A DNA stretch of 64,000 nucleotides from positions 35,925-99,924 of the forward strand of contig CANQCR010000004.1 of the NCBI GenBank assembly GCA_947589735.1, in the 5' to 3' direction. The notes beneath the pieces are model-generated. The model worked only from the letters and a program-made list of their open reading frames with translations. It searched no databases and was not told the origin of the DNA. Below, one piece after another: positions 55,151-64,000 of this stretch (position 1 is its first letter; every line of letters starts with the position of its first letter). This DNA comes from an uncultured Bacilli bacterium. Its GTDB lineage: Bacteria; Bacillota_I; Bacilli_A; RF39; UBA660. Made by a program: the position numbers and the translations under genes.

Positions 55151-56894
55151 TTTGAATCTTAAAGATTTATATATAAATTTCTTTATTAGTAAAGGTCATA
55201 AGCAAATTCCTAGTGCGCCTGTTGTACCAGAAAATGATCCATCTGTTCTTTTTAATACAGCTGGTATGCAACCTTTGATTCCTTATTTAATGGGTCAAGC
55301 TCACCCTTATGGAACAAGACTTTGTGATTATCAAAAATGTATTAGAACAATTGATTTGGACTCTGTCGGTGATACAACACACCATACATTCTTTGAAATG
55401 TTGGGTAACTGGAGCTTGGGCGATTATTTTAAAGATGAGTCCATTGCTTGGAGTTTTGAGTTTTTAACGGAACACCTTCATATTCCTGTGGAACGTTTAG
55501 CTGTTACTGTTTTTGCTGGCAATGATGAGATTCCCTTTGATGAAGTAAGTTATAATAAATGGTTAAGTCTAGGTATTCCAAGTGAAAGAATCGCTAAAAC
55601 CGTTGATGATAATTTTTGGATAGCTGGAGCATCTGGACCTTGTGGTGGTGATACCGAAATCTTTTATTGGCGAAGTGAAGATGCTATTCCAGAAACTTTT
55701 GATACCGAAGATGATCGTTGGGTAGAAATTTGGAATAACGTCTTTATGCAATACAATAAAGATGAAAATGGTAATATTACGGAACTACCTAAAAAGAATG
55801 TTGATACCGGCATGGGTGTTGAAAGAACCACAGCTATCTTAGAAGGTGTTAACGATAACTATTTATCAAGTATTTGGAAAGATGTTATTGATCTTATTAG
55901 TTCTATTTCAAACTTGCCATATGAAGGTAATGAAAGAAGTATGCGGATTATCGCGGATCACTTAAGAACGGCTGTCTTTATTGCTGCTGATCCGGCTGGT
56001 ATTAAGCCTTCTAATACTGATCAAGGCTATATTTTAAGACGTTTAATAAGACGAGCTATTCGCCACGCTAAACAATTAAATATTGATATCAATAGTGATT
56101 GGGAGTTAGATATAGCTAAAGTTTTATTAGATAAATATAAGGTTTACTATAAAGAATTAGAATACAATTATAATGTCGTTTTAGATGTTTTACATAATGA
56201 AAAAGTAAAATTCAATCGTACTCTAGAAAAAGGCTTAAAAGAGTTTGCTAAGGCAACCCGTAATAATGAAAATATTGATGCCTTAACGGCTTTCCACTTA
56301 TATGATACTTATGGATTCCCAATTGAGCTTACAACTGAGTTAGCTAATGAAAGGGGCTTAAGTGTCGATATCAAAGGATTTGAAGCTAAGTTTAAGGAAC
56401 ATCAAGAATTATCAAGAACAGCTTCAGCTGGAAAGTTTAAAGGTGGTTTAGCTGGTAATGGTGAGATTGAAACAAAATATCATACCGCCACTCATTTACT
56501 AAATGCCGCTTTAAAAGTAGTAGTTGGTCCTGATGTTCATCAAAAAGGATCTAATATAACTTCTGAAAGAATGCGTTTTGACTTTAGCTGTGACCATAAA
56601 TTAACGGATGAAGAAAAACATCAAGCTGAAGATTTGGTCAACAAATGGATTAGTGAAGGCATTGATGTTACTGTTAAGGAAATGCCTAAAGTTGATGCTA
56701 TCGCATCGGGTGCTGAATGTATGTTTATTGAAAAGTATCCTGATGTTGTAACCGTTTATTCAATTGGCGATATATCAAAGGAATTATGTGGTGGTCCTCA
56801 CGTTAAAAATACAAGTGAACTAGGTACTTTTAGAATAATCAAAGAAGAAGCTAGTAGCGCTGGGGTTCGTCGGATTAAGGCTGTATTGGAGTGA
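55143..56894 (+). CDS. alaS: alanine--tRNA ligase, short form without the C-Ala domain
   Basis: 583 aa. Catalytic motifs LFNTAGMQP, HHTFFEMLGNWSLGDYFK and GPCGGDTEIF. Editing-domain zinc motifs HTATHLLNAAL and LCGGPHV. It ends right after the editing domain. The start is GTG 55143 or TTG 55152 and overlaps or abuts the cmk stop. Confidence 0.85.
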   Translation: MINLNLKDLYINFFISKGHKQIPSAPVVPENDPSVLFNTAGMQPLIPYLMGQAHPYGTRLCDYQKCIRTIDLDSVGDTTHHTFFEMLGNWSLGDYFKDESIAWSFEFLTEHLHIPVERLAVTVFAGNDEIPFDEVSYNKWLSLGIPSERIAKTVDDNFWIAGASGPCGGDTEIFYWRSEDAIPETFDTEDDRWVEIWNNVFMQYNKDENGNITELPKKNVDTGMGVERTTAILEGVNDNYLSSIWKDVIDLISSISNLPYEGNERSMRIIADHLRTAVFIAADPAGIKPSNTDQGYILRRLIRRAIRHAKQLNIDINSDWELDIAKVLLDKYKVYYKELEYNYNVVLDVLHNEKVKFNRTLEKGLKEFAKATRNNENIDALTAFHLYDTYGFPIELTTELANERGLSVDIKGFEAKFKEHQELSRTASAGKFKGGLAGNGEIETKYHTATHLLNAALKVVVGPDVHQKGSNITSERMRFDFSCDHKLTDEEKHQAEDLVNKWISEGIDVTVKEMPKVDAIASGAECMFIEKYPDVVTVYSIGDISKELCGGPHVKNTSELGTFRIIKEEASSAGVRRIKAVLE

Positions 56895-56898
56895 TAGA

Positions 56899-57642
56899 AT
56901 GAATAAAACAATAATTACGAAATTAATTGTAACACTATTTGGTTTAACTATTATTGCGGCCGGCTTTATTCTAGCTTTTAATGTTGGTAAAGAAGAAAAA
57001 CCAGAAGAACCAGTAGTTAAGACGGATTCAGAAAAGTTTAAAGATGAATATGAAGCTTATAATAATAAGGAGTTAGAAGGTAATCCTTCGTTGCATCATA
57101 GGGAAGTAACCATTGACAAAGAAAATCCTATTAAATATGCTAGTGCTAGTGATATTGAAAAATTGTTTAAGGATAACGCCTCTTTCGTTATTTATATGGG
57201 TTTTCCAACTTGTCCTTGGTGTCGTAATGCCATTGGTGTTTTACTTGATGTTGCAAAAAGTAGAAACATTAATGACATCAAATATATCAATATTTATGAT
57301 ATGCGGACAATGTGGACAGTTAAAGATGATAAGTTAGAGGTAACAAGAAAAGGAACTGATGATTATTATAAATTACTAGAATTATTTGATAGTATTTTAG
57401 ATGATTATTATTATGAAACTGATGATAATAAGTATGAGACTGGTGAAAAGAGGATTTATGCGCCAACCGTTGTCTTTGTTAAAGATGGAGAGATTGTTGG
57501 TAGTCATGTCGCAACCGTTACTTTAAATGAAGATCAAACACCATATGATGTCATTTTAGATGATCAAAAAGAAGAACTTAGTAAAATATATGGCGAGTTA
57601 TTTGATAAAGTTTATAAAACTTATTGTGATGATGCTTGCTAA
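56899..57642 (+). CDS. membrane-anchored thioredoxin-fold protein
   Basis: 247 aa. N-terminal TM and a CxxC motif (FPTCPWCRNA). Confidence 0.6.
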   Translation: MNKTIITKLIVTLFGLTIIAAGFILAFNVGKEEKPEEPVVKTDSEKFKDEYEAYNNKELEGNPSLHHREVTIDKENPIKYASASDIEKLFKDNASFVIYMGFPTCPWCRNAIGVLLDVAKSRNINDIKYINIYDMRTMWTVKDDKLEVTRKGTDDYYKLLELFDSILDDYYYETDDNKYETGEKRIYAPTVVFVKDGEIVGSHVATVTLNEDQTPYDVILDDQKEELSKIYGELFDKVYKTYCDDAC

Positions 57643-57659
57643 AAAGATTAGGGTAAATT

Positions 57660-58268
57660 ATGAATTATCAATTAAAACTTGATGAAATTATTGCTTCTTT
57701 AAATGGGGAAGTTAAAACCCTTTTACTTCATGCCTGTTGTGCTCCTTGTAGTAGTTATGTTTTAGAATATTTAAGCAAGTATTTTAAAATAACGATTCTT
57801 TATTATAATCCAAATATTTATCCCGAAACGGAGTATAAGCGTCGGAAGGAAGAATTAGAAACATTCTTACCTAAAAGGACATATAAATATCCGGTAACAC
57901 TTGTTTGTGATGAATATAACCCCTTAGAATATGATGAGGCGGTAGCGGGATTAGAAGAGATGGGCGAAAAGAGTAAACGTTGTTATGAATGCTATAAATT
58001 TCGTTTAAAAAGAGCCTATCAGTATGCTTTAGAACATCACTTCGATTACTTTACAACTACACTATCAATTAGTCCATATAAGATTAGTTCTTGGATTAAT
58101 GAGATAGGGGAGGAATTAGCCAAAGATGGAGAGGTCAAGTTTTTATATGCTGATTTCAAGAAACGCGATGGCTATAAGAGATCTTTAGAATTATCCCGGG
58201 AGTATGATTTGTATCGTCAAGATTATTGTGGCTGTAAATATTCTAAAGAGCAAAGTAAAAAAGAGTAG
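57660..58268 (+). CDS. queH: epoxyqueuosine reductase QueH (DUF208)
   Basis: 202 aa. LLLHACCAPCS motif and a C-terminal DYCGC. Confidence 0.8.
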   Translation: MNYQLKLDEIIASLNGEVKTLLLHACCAPCSSYVLEYLSKYFKITILYYNPNIYPETEYKRRKEELETFLPKRTYKYPVTLVCDEYNPLEYDEAVAGLEEMGEKSKRCYECYKFRLKRAYQYALEHHFDYFTTTLSISPYKISSWINEIGEELAKDGEVKFLYADFKKRDGYKRSLELSREYDLYRQDYCGCKYSKEQSKKE

Positions 58269-58270
58269 AA

Positions 58271-59488
58271 TTACTCTTTTTCTTTTAGGTTATTTAGTTT
58301 ATCATAAATGCCTTTTAGATTAGTCTCATATTTACTAGTTACCTTAGGTTCATAGTAGCGATGATTTTTAATATTATCCGGTAAATATTGTTGTTTAACA
58401 TAGGCGTGCGGATAATTGTGAGGATATTTGTAATCAGGAGCATTAGTTTTAATGTGATTAGGAACATTACCTGTGTTTCCTTTTTCAATATCAGCTAAAG
58501 CCTTATCAATAGCTGTAATAGCGCTATTGGATTTAGGTGATAGGGCAAGATCAATAACCATAACTGCTAAAGGTATTCTAGCTTCAGGTAAGCCTAAACG
58601 CTCACAAGTATTAATAACGGCATCAACTCTAGGTCCCATACTAGGATTGGCTAAGCCTATATCCTCATAAGCAATGACACTCATTCTTCGATAGATGATA
58701 TCAAGGTCTTCTGCTTCAATAAGGCGACCCAAATAATAAAGAGCGGCATCGACATCAGACCCTCTAATACTTTTTTGAAAAGCGCTGATAACATCATAAT
58801 GGCCATCATCATTTTTATCATGAAAGAAAACAGGCTTAGAATTAATAGCTTTAACAATATCTTCTGTTACTTTATAGTCTGATGTGGAATAGTAAGCTAC
58901 TTCTAATAAATTATAAGCATATCTTAAATCCCCACCGGATAAATTAGCGATGAGTCTAATAGCTTTATTATCAATTTTAATATTTGGTAAAAAAGAACTT
59001 TTACTAGCGCGTTTTAAACCCGTTATAATATCTTCATCTGTAAGTTCTTTTAATTCAAATATTTGACAGCGGCTTCGAATAGCTGGATTTATTTTATGAT
59101 AAGGATTAGAAGTTGTCATTCCAATTAAGGTTATCAGACCACTTTCAAGATGTGGTAAAAGAAGATCTTGCTTATCTTTATTAAGACGATGAATTTCATC
59201 CATAACAATGATAAGACCTTTAAACATTTTAGCTTCTTCAATGACAATATCAAAATCTTTTTTGTTATTTATAGTTGCATTTAACATCCGATATTTTAGC
59301 CCTAATTCATTTACAATAGCCATAGCTACACTGGTCTTACCAATTCCTGGTTTACCATATAAAATCATTGAAAAAATCTTTTTGTTTTTAACGAGATTTG
59401 TCAAGATTTTATCTTTGCCAAATAAATGTTTTTGACCAATAATTTCTTTAGTATTAGTAGGACGCATTAAGATTGCTAAAGGTTCCAT
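58271..59488 (-). CDS. rarA: replication-associated recombination protein A (MgsA/RarA)
   Basis: 405 aa. Walker A YGKPGIGKTS, Walker B IVMDEIHRLNK. The C-terminal MgsA domain is inferred from length. Confidence 0.9.
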   Translation of the reverse strand: MEPLAILMRPTNTKEIIGQKHLFGKDKILTNLVKNKKIFSMILYGKPGIGKTSVAMAIVNELGLKYRMLNATINNKKDFDIVIEEAKMFKGLIIVMDEIHRLNKDKQDLLLPHLESGLITLIGMTTSNPYHKINPAIRSRCQIFELKELTDEDIITGLKRASKSSFLPNIKIDNKAIRLIANLSGGDLRYAYNLLEVAYYSTSDYKVTEDIVKAINSKPVFFHDKNDDGHYDVISAFQKSIRGSDVDAALYYLGRLIEAEDLDIIYRRMSVIAYEDIGLANPSMGPRVDAVINTCERLGLPEARIPLAVMVIDLALSPKSNSAITAIDKALADIEKGNTGNVPNHIKTNAPDYKYPHNYPHAYVKQQYLPDNIKNHRYYEPKVTSKYETNLKGIYDKLNNLKEKE

Positions 59489-59585
59489 ATCATCACCATT
59501 TTTATTTTAACATAAATTAGACCATTATTTACAATAAAACTAATAAATGTTATACTTATATTAGGTAAGATAAGAAAGTGGTAAT

Positions 59586-60461
59586 GTGGAAGAAATATCC
59601 CTATTTTGTAATTATTTATTAATTGATAAAAAATATAGTTCCAATACGATTGCGTCATATAAACGTGATTTATTGAAACTAGATTCTTTTCTAAATAAAG
59701 ACATTAAAAAAATAACGGAAGATGATATTAAAAAATATCTTAAGTATTTAACGGAAAGTAAGGAAAGTAAAAAGACAATTGCTCGTAATATATCCGCATT
59801 AAGGTCCTTTTATAAGTTTTTAATGATTGAGAAGATTGTTAAGAATAATCCTATGGAAAATATTGAACTACCACGTCTTAATAAAGCCTTACCTAAAACG
59901 TTAGACGAAGAAGATATTGACAAACTATTGGATATTAATTTAGTTGATGCCTTTAGTTATCGTAATAAAGCGATGTTGGAGCTGATGTATGCGACGGGTC
60001 TTCGGGTTAGTGAGCTCATCAATCTTAAAGTCCATGATGTCGATTTTGATATGGCCCTTTTAAGAACGATGGGGAAGGGGAGTAAAGAACGCATTATTCC
60101 AATTGGTGATTATGCTTTAGAATATTTAAAGAAGTATCTTTTAGAATATCGCAGTACGATGTTAAAAAAAGAATATAATGATTACTTATTTTTAAATAAT
60201 CATGGTAAGCAAATGACTAGACAAGGCTTTTTTAAGATTCTAAGAAAATTAGCTGACGAAAAGGGGATTGATAAAGATTTCTCACCCCATACTTTAAGGC
60301 ATTCGTTTGCGACCCATCTTTTGAATCACGGTGCGGATTTAAGAAGCATTCAAGAGCTTTTAGGCCATAGTGATATTGCGACAACACAAATATATACACA
60401 TGTATCAAATCGACAGTTAAGAGAAAATTATGATGAATATCATCCCCATAGTGGTAAGTAA
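59586..60461 (+). CDS. xerD: tyrosine recombinase, XerD-like
   Basis: 291 aa from a GTG start. ATGLRVSEL, HTLRHSFATHLLNHGADLRSIQELLGHSDIATTQIYTH. Confidence 0.8.
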   Translation: MEEISLFCNYLLIDKKYSSNTIASYKRDLLKLDSFLNKDIKKITEDDIKKYLKYLTESKESKKTIARNISALRSFYKFLMIEKIVKNNPMENIELPRLNKALPKTLDEEDIDKLLDINLVDAFSYRNKAMLELMYATGLRVSELINLKVHDVDFDMALLRTMGKGSKERIIPIGDYALEYLKKYLLEYRSTMLKKEYNDYLFLNNHGKQMTRQGFFKILRKLADEKGIDKDFSPHTLRHSFATHLLNHGADLRSIQELLGHSDIATTQIYTHVSNRQLRENYDEYHPHSGK

Positions 60462-60470
60462 GGAGGAAGT

Positions 60471-61850
60471 ATGAAAATAGTAAAAATTAAAGATGAGATA
60501 TTCAGAGCTAATGATGTGAGAGGTATTTATGGCGAAGAATTAAATGAAGATGTAGCCTATACGTTTGGTAAAAGTTTTGGTACTTATATCCAACTTATGG
60601 GTGAAAAAGATGTTTTAATCGGTAATGATAATAGAGAATCAGGGCCTGAACTTGTTGGTGGTTTAATTAAAGGTATTACGGATAGTGGCGCTAACGTCAT
60701 CTATTTAGGACTTGTAACAACACCAATGTATTACTTTGCTAAGAAAAAACAGAATATGACGGCCGGTATTATGGTAACAGCTAGTCATAATCCACGAGAA
60801 TATAATGGTTTTAAGTTTTCTTTCAGCAAAAAAGGTAATGCCTGTGGCGATGATATAATAGCTTTTAGAGATTTTACTAACAAGGGTGAATATAAAGATG
60901 GCACAGGTGAAGTATCTAATTTAGATATAAGAGAAGACTATTTAAAACAAGTTAAAAATAGTGTTGATCTAGGACCTAGACGAGTTAAAGTTGTCTATGA
61001 TTGCGGTAATGGTACCGGATCTATTATTGTTAAAGATATCTTAGATATGTTTGATGTTGATTATGAATTATTATATTGTGATTCTGATCCAACTTTTCCC
61101 CATCATCACCCCGATCCTTGCGTTCATGAGAATATGATTGACCTAGGAAAGAAAGTTAAAGAATTAGGTTACGATCTTGGGATTGGTATTGATGGCGATG
61201 CCGACCGCGTTGGTTTAGTTGATGAAAATGGTAATGTTATTAGTAGTGATTTGATGATGTTAATTGTTTACCGCTTTTTAGCGCCTTCTATGCGAAATAA
61301 AAAAGCTATCTATGATATTAAATGTTCAAAAACTTTAATTGATGGCATTGAAGCTTTAGGTTTAAAAGGCACTATGAATAGATGTGGTAATTCTTATATG
61401 AATATGGCTGTTAATGAGGGTGATTATGACTTTGGCGGTGAATATTCTGGTCATGTCTGGTTTAGAGATAAATGGTTAGGCTTTGATGATGGTATTTATG
61501 CTGGCCTCCGTCTAATTGAAATACTATCTAAAAGTGAAGGCACAATATCTGATATGCTAGCTAATACGAATAAATACTATTCAACAGAAGAAATTAAGTT
61601 TAAAGCGCCTGATGAGATTAAGTTTGCTATTGTTGATAAGGTCCACGACTATTGTACTGATAAACATTACGAAATAATTGATATCGACGGCGTTAGAGTT
61701 ACTTTTGATGATGGTTGGGCTTTGGTTAGAGCTTCTAATACCGGCCCTAATCTAACTGTTCGCTTTGAAGCTAAGACCGAAGAGCGCTTAGCTAGTCTTC
61801 AAAATGAGTTTACGAATCTTGTAAATGAATTATTAAAAGACTATCAATAG
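60471..61850 (+). CDS. phosphomannomutase/phosphoglucomutase family protein
   Basis: 459 aa. Active-site TASHNP, metal loop GIDGDADR, and a GEYSGH sugar-binding loop. Confidence 0.85.
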   Translation: MKIVKIKDEIFRANDVRGIYGEELNEDVAYTFGKSFGTYIQLMGEKDVLIGNDNRESGPELVGGLIKGITDSGANVIYLGLVTTPMYYFAKKKQNMTAGIMVTASHNPREYNGFKFSFSKKGNACGDDIIAFRDFTNKGEYKDGTGEVSNLDIREDYLKQVKNSVDLGPRRVKVVYDCGNGTGSIIVKDILDMFDVDYELLYCDSDPTFPHHHPDPCVHENMIDLGKKVKELGYDLGIGIDGDADRVGLVDENGNVISSDLMMLIVYRFLAPSMRNKKAIYDIKCSKTLIDGIEALGLKGTMNRCGNSYMNMAVNEGDYDFGGEYSGHVWFRDKWLGFDDGIYAGLRLIEILSKSEGTISDMLANTNKYYSTEEIKFKAPDEIKFAIVDKVHDYCTDKHYEIIDIDGVRVTFDDGWALVRASNTGPNLTVRFEAKTEERLASLQNEFTNLVNELLKDYQ

Positions 61851-61942
61851 ATGCGATGAGAGATGTTACATTGTTAACATCTTTTTATTTTATCTTTAAT
61901 ATAAAATGTGTTACAATATTATTGATAGTAGAAGGTGACTAA

Positions 61943-62806
61943 ATGAAAGAGGAAAGAAAAACCATTTTTATTGGCTCTATATTTAATTTTTTAGTTGCTA
62001 GTATTAAATTTTGTGGTGGGATTGCTTTCCAGATTAATTCTTTGATTGTTGATAGCATCTATACCTTTTGTGATTTTACTACAGATATCATATCAATTGT
62101 TGGATCAAAGTTAGCTGGTAAAAGACCGACAAAGTATCATCCTTTTGGCTTTGGTCGCGTTGAATATTTAACTAATTTATTCATTGGTATTTTAATGGTC
62201 ATGGTATCGACGACTCTATTTATGCATAGTTTTAAAAGCGAGTATGAAATACCTAATATAAGTATTTTAGGTGTGTTAGCGGTAGCAATGACGATTAAAA
62301 TCTTTATGTTACATTTTCTTAAGATGCGAAATAAAAAACACAAAAGTCCTCAGCTTGCCGATGGTATTGAAGAATCGACAATTGATTTAATTTCAACTAT
62401 TTTAGTTACTATTTCAGTTATCTTATTACAATTTAGTAATGAAATATACCCCTTAAGATATTGTGATATCATCGCCAGTTGTATCATTTCCATAATGATT
62501 TTAAGAACATCTTGGCAGTTAATAAAAAACAATATTTTAAACTTATTAGGAACGGTTGAAGTTAATGCTGAAATAACGCAGTATGTTAAAGATGAGATTC
62601 AATCATTAGGTAAAATCGACGTTTATAAAGTTGAATTAATCAAATATGGAAGATATTATAAGATTCATCTTGTCATTGGCTTAGATGGCAATATTACGTT
62701 AAAAAAAGCTAAAAAAATCCAACAGAAAATCATTATGAAGTTGAAAAAACAAACTCGGATTAAGATAAAAGTCGTTAATGTTGATTTGGATTTAAGAAAA
62801 GATTAG
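61943..62806 (+). CDS. cation diffusion facilitator family transporter
   Basis: 287 aa, 6 TM. The LIVDSIYTFCDFTTD and HPFGFGRVEY pattern is typical of CDF proteins. Confidence 0.75.
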   Translation: MKEERKTIFIGSIFNFLVASIKFCGGIAFQINSLIVDSIYTFCDFTTDIISIVGSKLAGKRPTKYHPFGFGRVEYLTNLFIGILMVMVSTTLFMHSFKSEYEIPNISILGVLAVAMTIKIFMLHFLKMRNKKHKSPQLADGIEESTIDLISTILVTISVILLQFSNEIYPLRYCDIIASCIISIMILRTSWQLIKNNILNLLGTVEVNAEITQYVKDEIQSLGKIDVYKVELIKYGRYYKIHLVIGLDGNITLKKAKKIQQKIIMKLKKQTRIKIKVVNVDLDLRKD

Positions 62807-62894
62807 TTTGTCAATTGGATTATCTTATTTAACACTACTTTACACTTGACATTTGACATAGTAATGATATAATGATAATAGGAGGGTATAGATA

Positions 62895-63680
62895 ATGGAA
62901 CACTTAAATAGTTTATTAAAAGAGCTAGGTATTTCTAAGGTTAAATTAGCTAAATTTTTAGGTGTATCACGCCAAATGATATATAATTACCTAGAACTAG
63001 ATGATATCAATAAATGGCCAAAAGATAAAAAAGTATTATTATTAAATTTACTTGGTGTTAAAACACCAGAAGAGATTTATCATATTAAAGTTGATACTGA
63101 TTACATATCTGATGTTGAAATTAGATTAAATAGCATTTGTAATGATAATGATACATCAGCTAATATTGAAGGTGCTAACGCCATCTTATCAGGCTTAAAT
63201 AAAAAGGATCAAGAATTGTTATTTAATATCATTGACTTATTAAAGGAAAAATTAGAAGATCCTAATGATGATGATGGTCATAATACCGTTAAATATCTTT
63301 ACCATTTCATTCAATCAATTGATACCTCAAAAGAATTAAAATATATCCTAGGCTATGTTGCTAAAGAGACAGGTTTTGTTAAACCATTAGAGTTTGCTTT
63401 CAATGAAGAAGAACAATTCATTTTCGAAAGTATCATGTACTCTGCTTTTGTTTTATATAACAGTGGGGGAGCATCTAAAACAAAATTAGCTGAATGCCAT
63501 AAACGTTTCACTAATCAAATTGAACAAAAAATGGAAGAAAAATTAAGTCGTACTTTAGAGTTAAATAATATTAAGACTTTAGCTCTTAAAGAATTAGGAT
63601 ATACAGAAATTAATGAACATAACGCTGCTGAAGTGTTTGAAAAGATTGCAGAAATACAATCACGAAAAGTTGGTAATTAA
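62895..63680 (+). CDS. XRE-type HTH domain protein, function unknown
   Basis: 261 aa. N-terminal HTH ISKVKLAKFLGVSRQMIYNYLE. The remainder is unrecognised. AGGAGGG RBS. Confidence 0.65.
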   Translation: MEHLNSLLKELGISKVKLAKFLGVSRQMIYNYLELDDINKWPKDKKVLLLNLLGVKTPEEIYHIKVDTDYISDVEIRLNSICNDNDTSANIEGANAILSGLNKKDQELLFNIIDLLKEKLEDPNDDDGHNTVKYLYHFIQSIDTSKELKYILGYVAKETGFVKPLEFAFNEEEQFIFESIMYSAFVLYNSGGASKTKLAECHKRFTNQIEQKMEEKLSRTLELNNIKTLALKELGYTEINEHNAAEVFEKIAEIQSRKVGN

Positions 63681-63693
63681 ATCAACTTTTTTT
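63666..63693 (+). terminator. rho-independent terminator
   Basis: AAAGTTG-(10-nt loop containing the stop)-CAACTTT followed by a T-run. Confidence 0.5.
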
Positions 63694-64000
63694 GTGATAA
63701 CTCCCCTTTTATTTTATATGCTTAAAAGAGGGGATGAGGATACTTTTAATATATAATCATATATAGTACCAACTATTAGTCATATATTGTTATCGTATGT
63801 GAAAAAAGTAATAATTGGTTGATAATCTTAAATTTAATGACGCGTTCTCGTGCATCGAGAAATAAAAATGTGATAAGTTCTTCACCTGGATTAAAAAAAG
63901 TAATAACCCCCCTATTGTTATTTTGAGTGAAAAGAGGGGACTTATCTATAAAAATAGGGTACTCTATTTTGCATCGAGGTATTATTTTATGATAACTTGT

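Noticed and set aside
63690-64000. TGTGATAA / ATGATAAC words as DnaA boxes (possible oriC)
   Set aside because: The best alignments to TTATCCACA/TGTGGATAA reach only about 6/9. There is no dnaA or dnaN nearby and no AT-rich unwinding-element pattern beyond the background AT richness.

Overview
This is a low-GC, Firmicutes-type chromosomal segment read with the standard genetic code. It looks like a Bacilli or Erysipelotrichia-like organism, judging from the dnaB-dnaI pair, rpoE (delta subunit), T-box leaders, tagD/tagF and the lipoprotein signal peptides. That taxonomic guess is inference only.

The window is densely packed and mostly + strand. Most of it is core housekeeping:
- Replication and recombination: dnaB-dnaI, priA, rnhB, rarA, mutL, and xerC-like and xerD-like recombinases.
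- Translation: T-box-controlled thrS and pheST, argS, cysS, a short alaS, prfA-prmC, frr and queH.
- Other: secG, rpoE, tdk, ppdK, galE, cmk, a class A PBP, a reduced sufC-sufD-sufS cluster and tagD/tagF.
- RNA genes: two minus-strand tRNAs, Leu-TAG and a CAT-anticodon tRNA.

I see no rRNA, CRISPR array, transposase, prophage or clear defence island.

The most unusual things I can support from the sequence are:
1. A 56-nt promoter-to-RBS cassette is duplicated (53/56 identical, with a 43-nt perfect core) in front of two unrelated envelope-protein genes. It carries an 11-nt palindrome at the predicted transcription start.
2. One of those two genes contains a 24-nt in-frame tandem repeat.
3. A ClpX-like AAA+ ATPase has an unrecognisable ~270-aa N-terminal domain and an altered pore loop.
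4. A YugP-like protein has lost its HExxH motif and is translationally coupled to cysS.
5. An unknown ORF sits between a Thr T-box leader and a thrS that lacks the TGS domain.
6. alaS lacks the C-Ala domain.
7. Two adjacent genes look like divergent sigma-70 pieces.
8. Two unknown genes are tightly coupled to priA.

All family calls rest on motifs recognised by eye. No database search was possible. Coordinates of non-coding features may be off by 1-2 nt.
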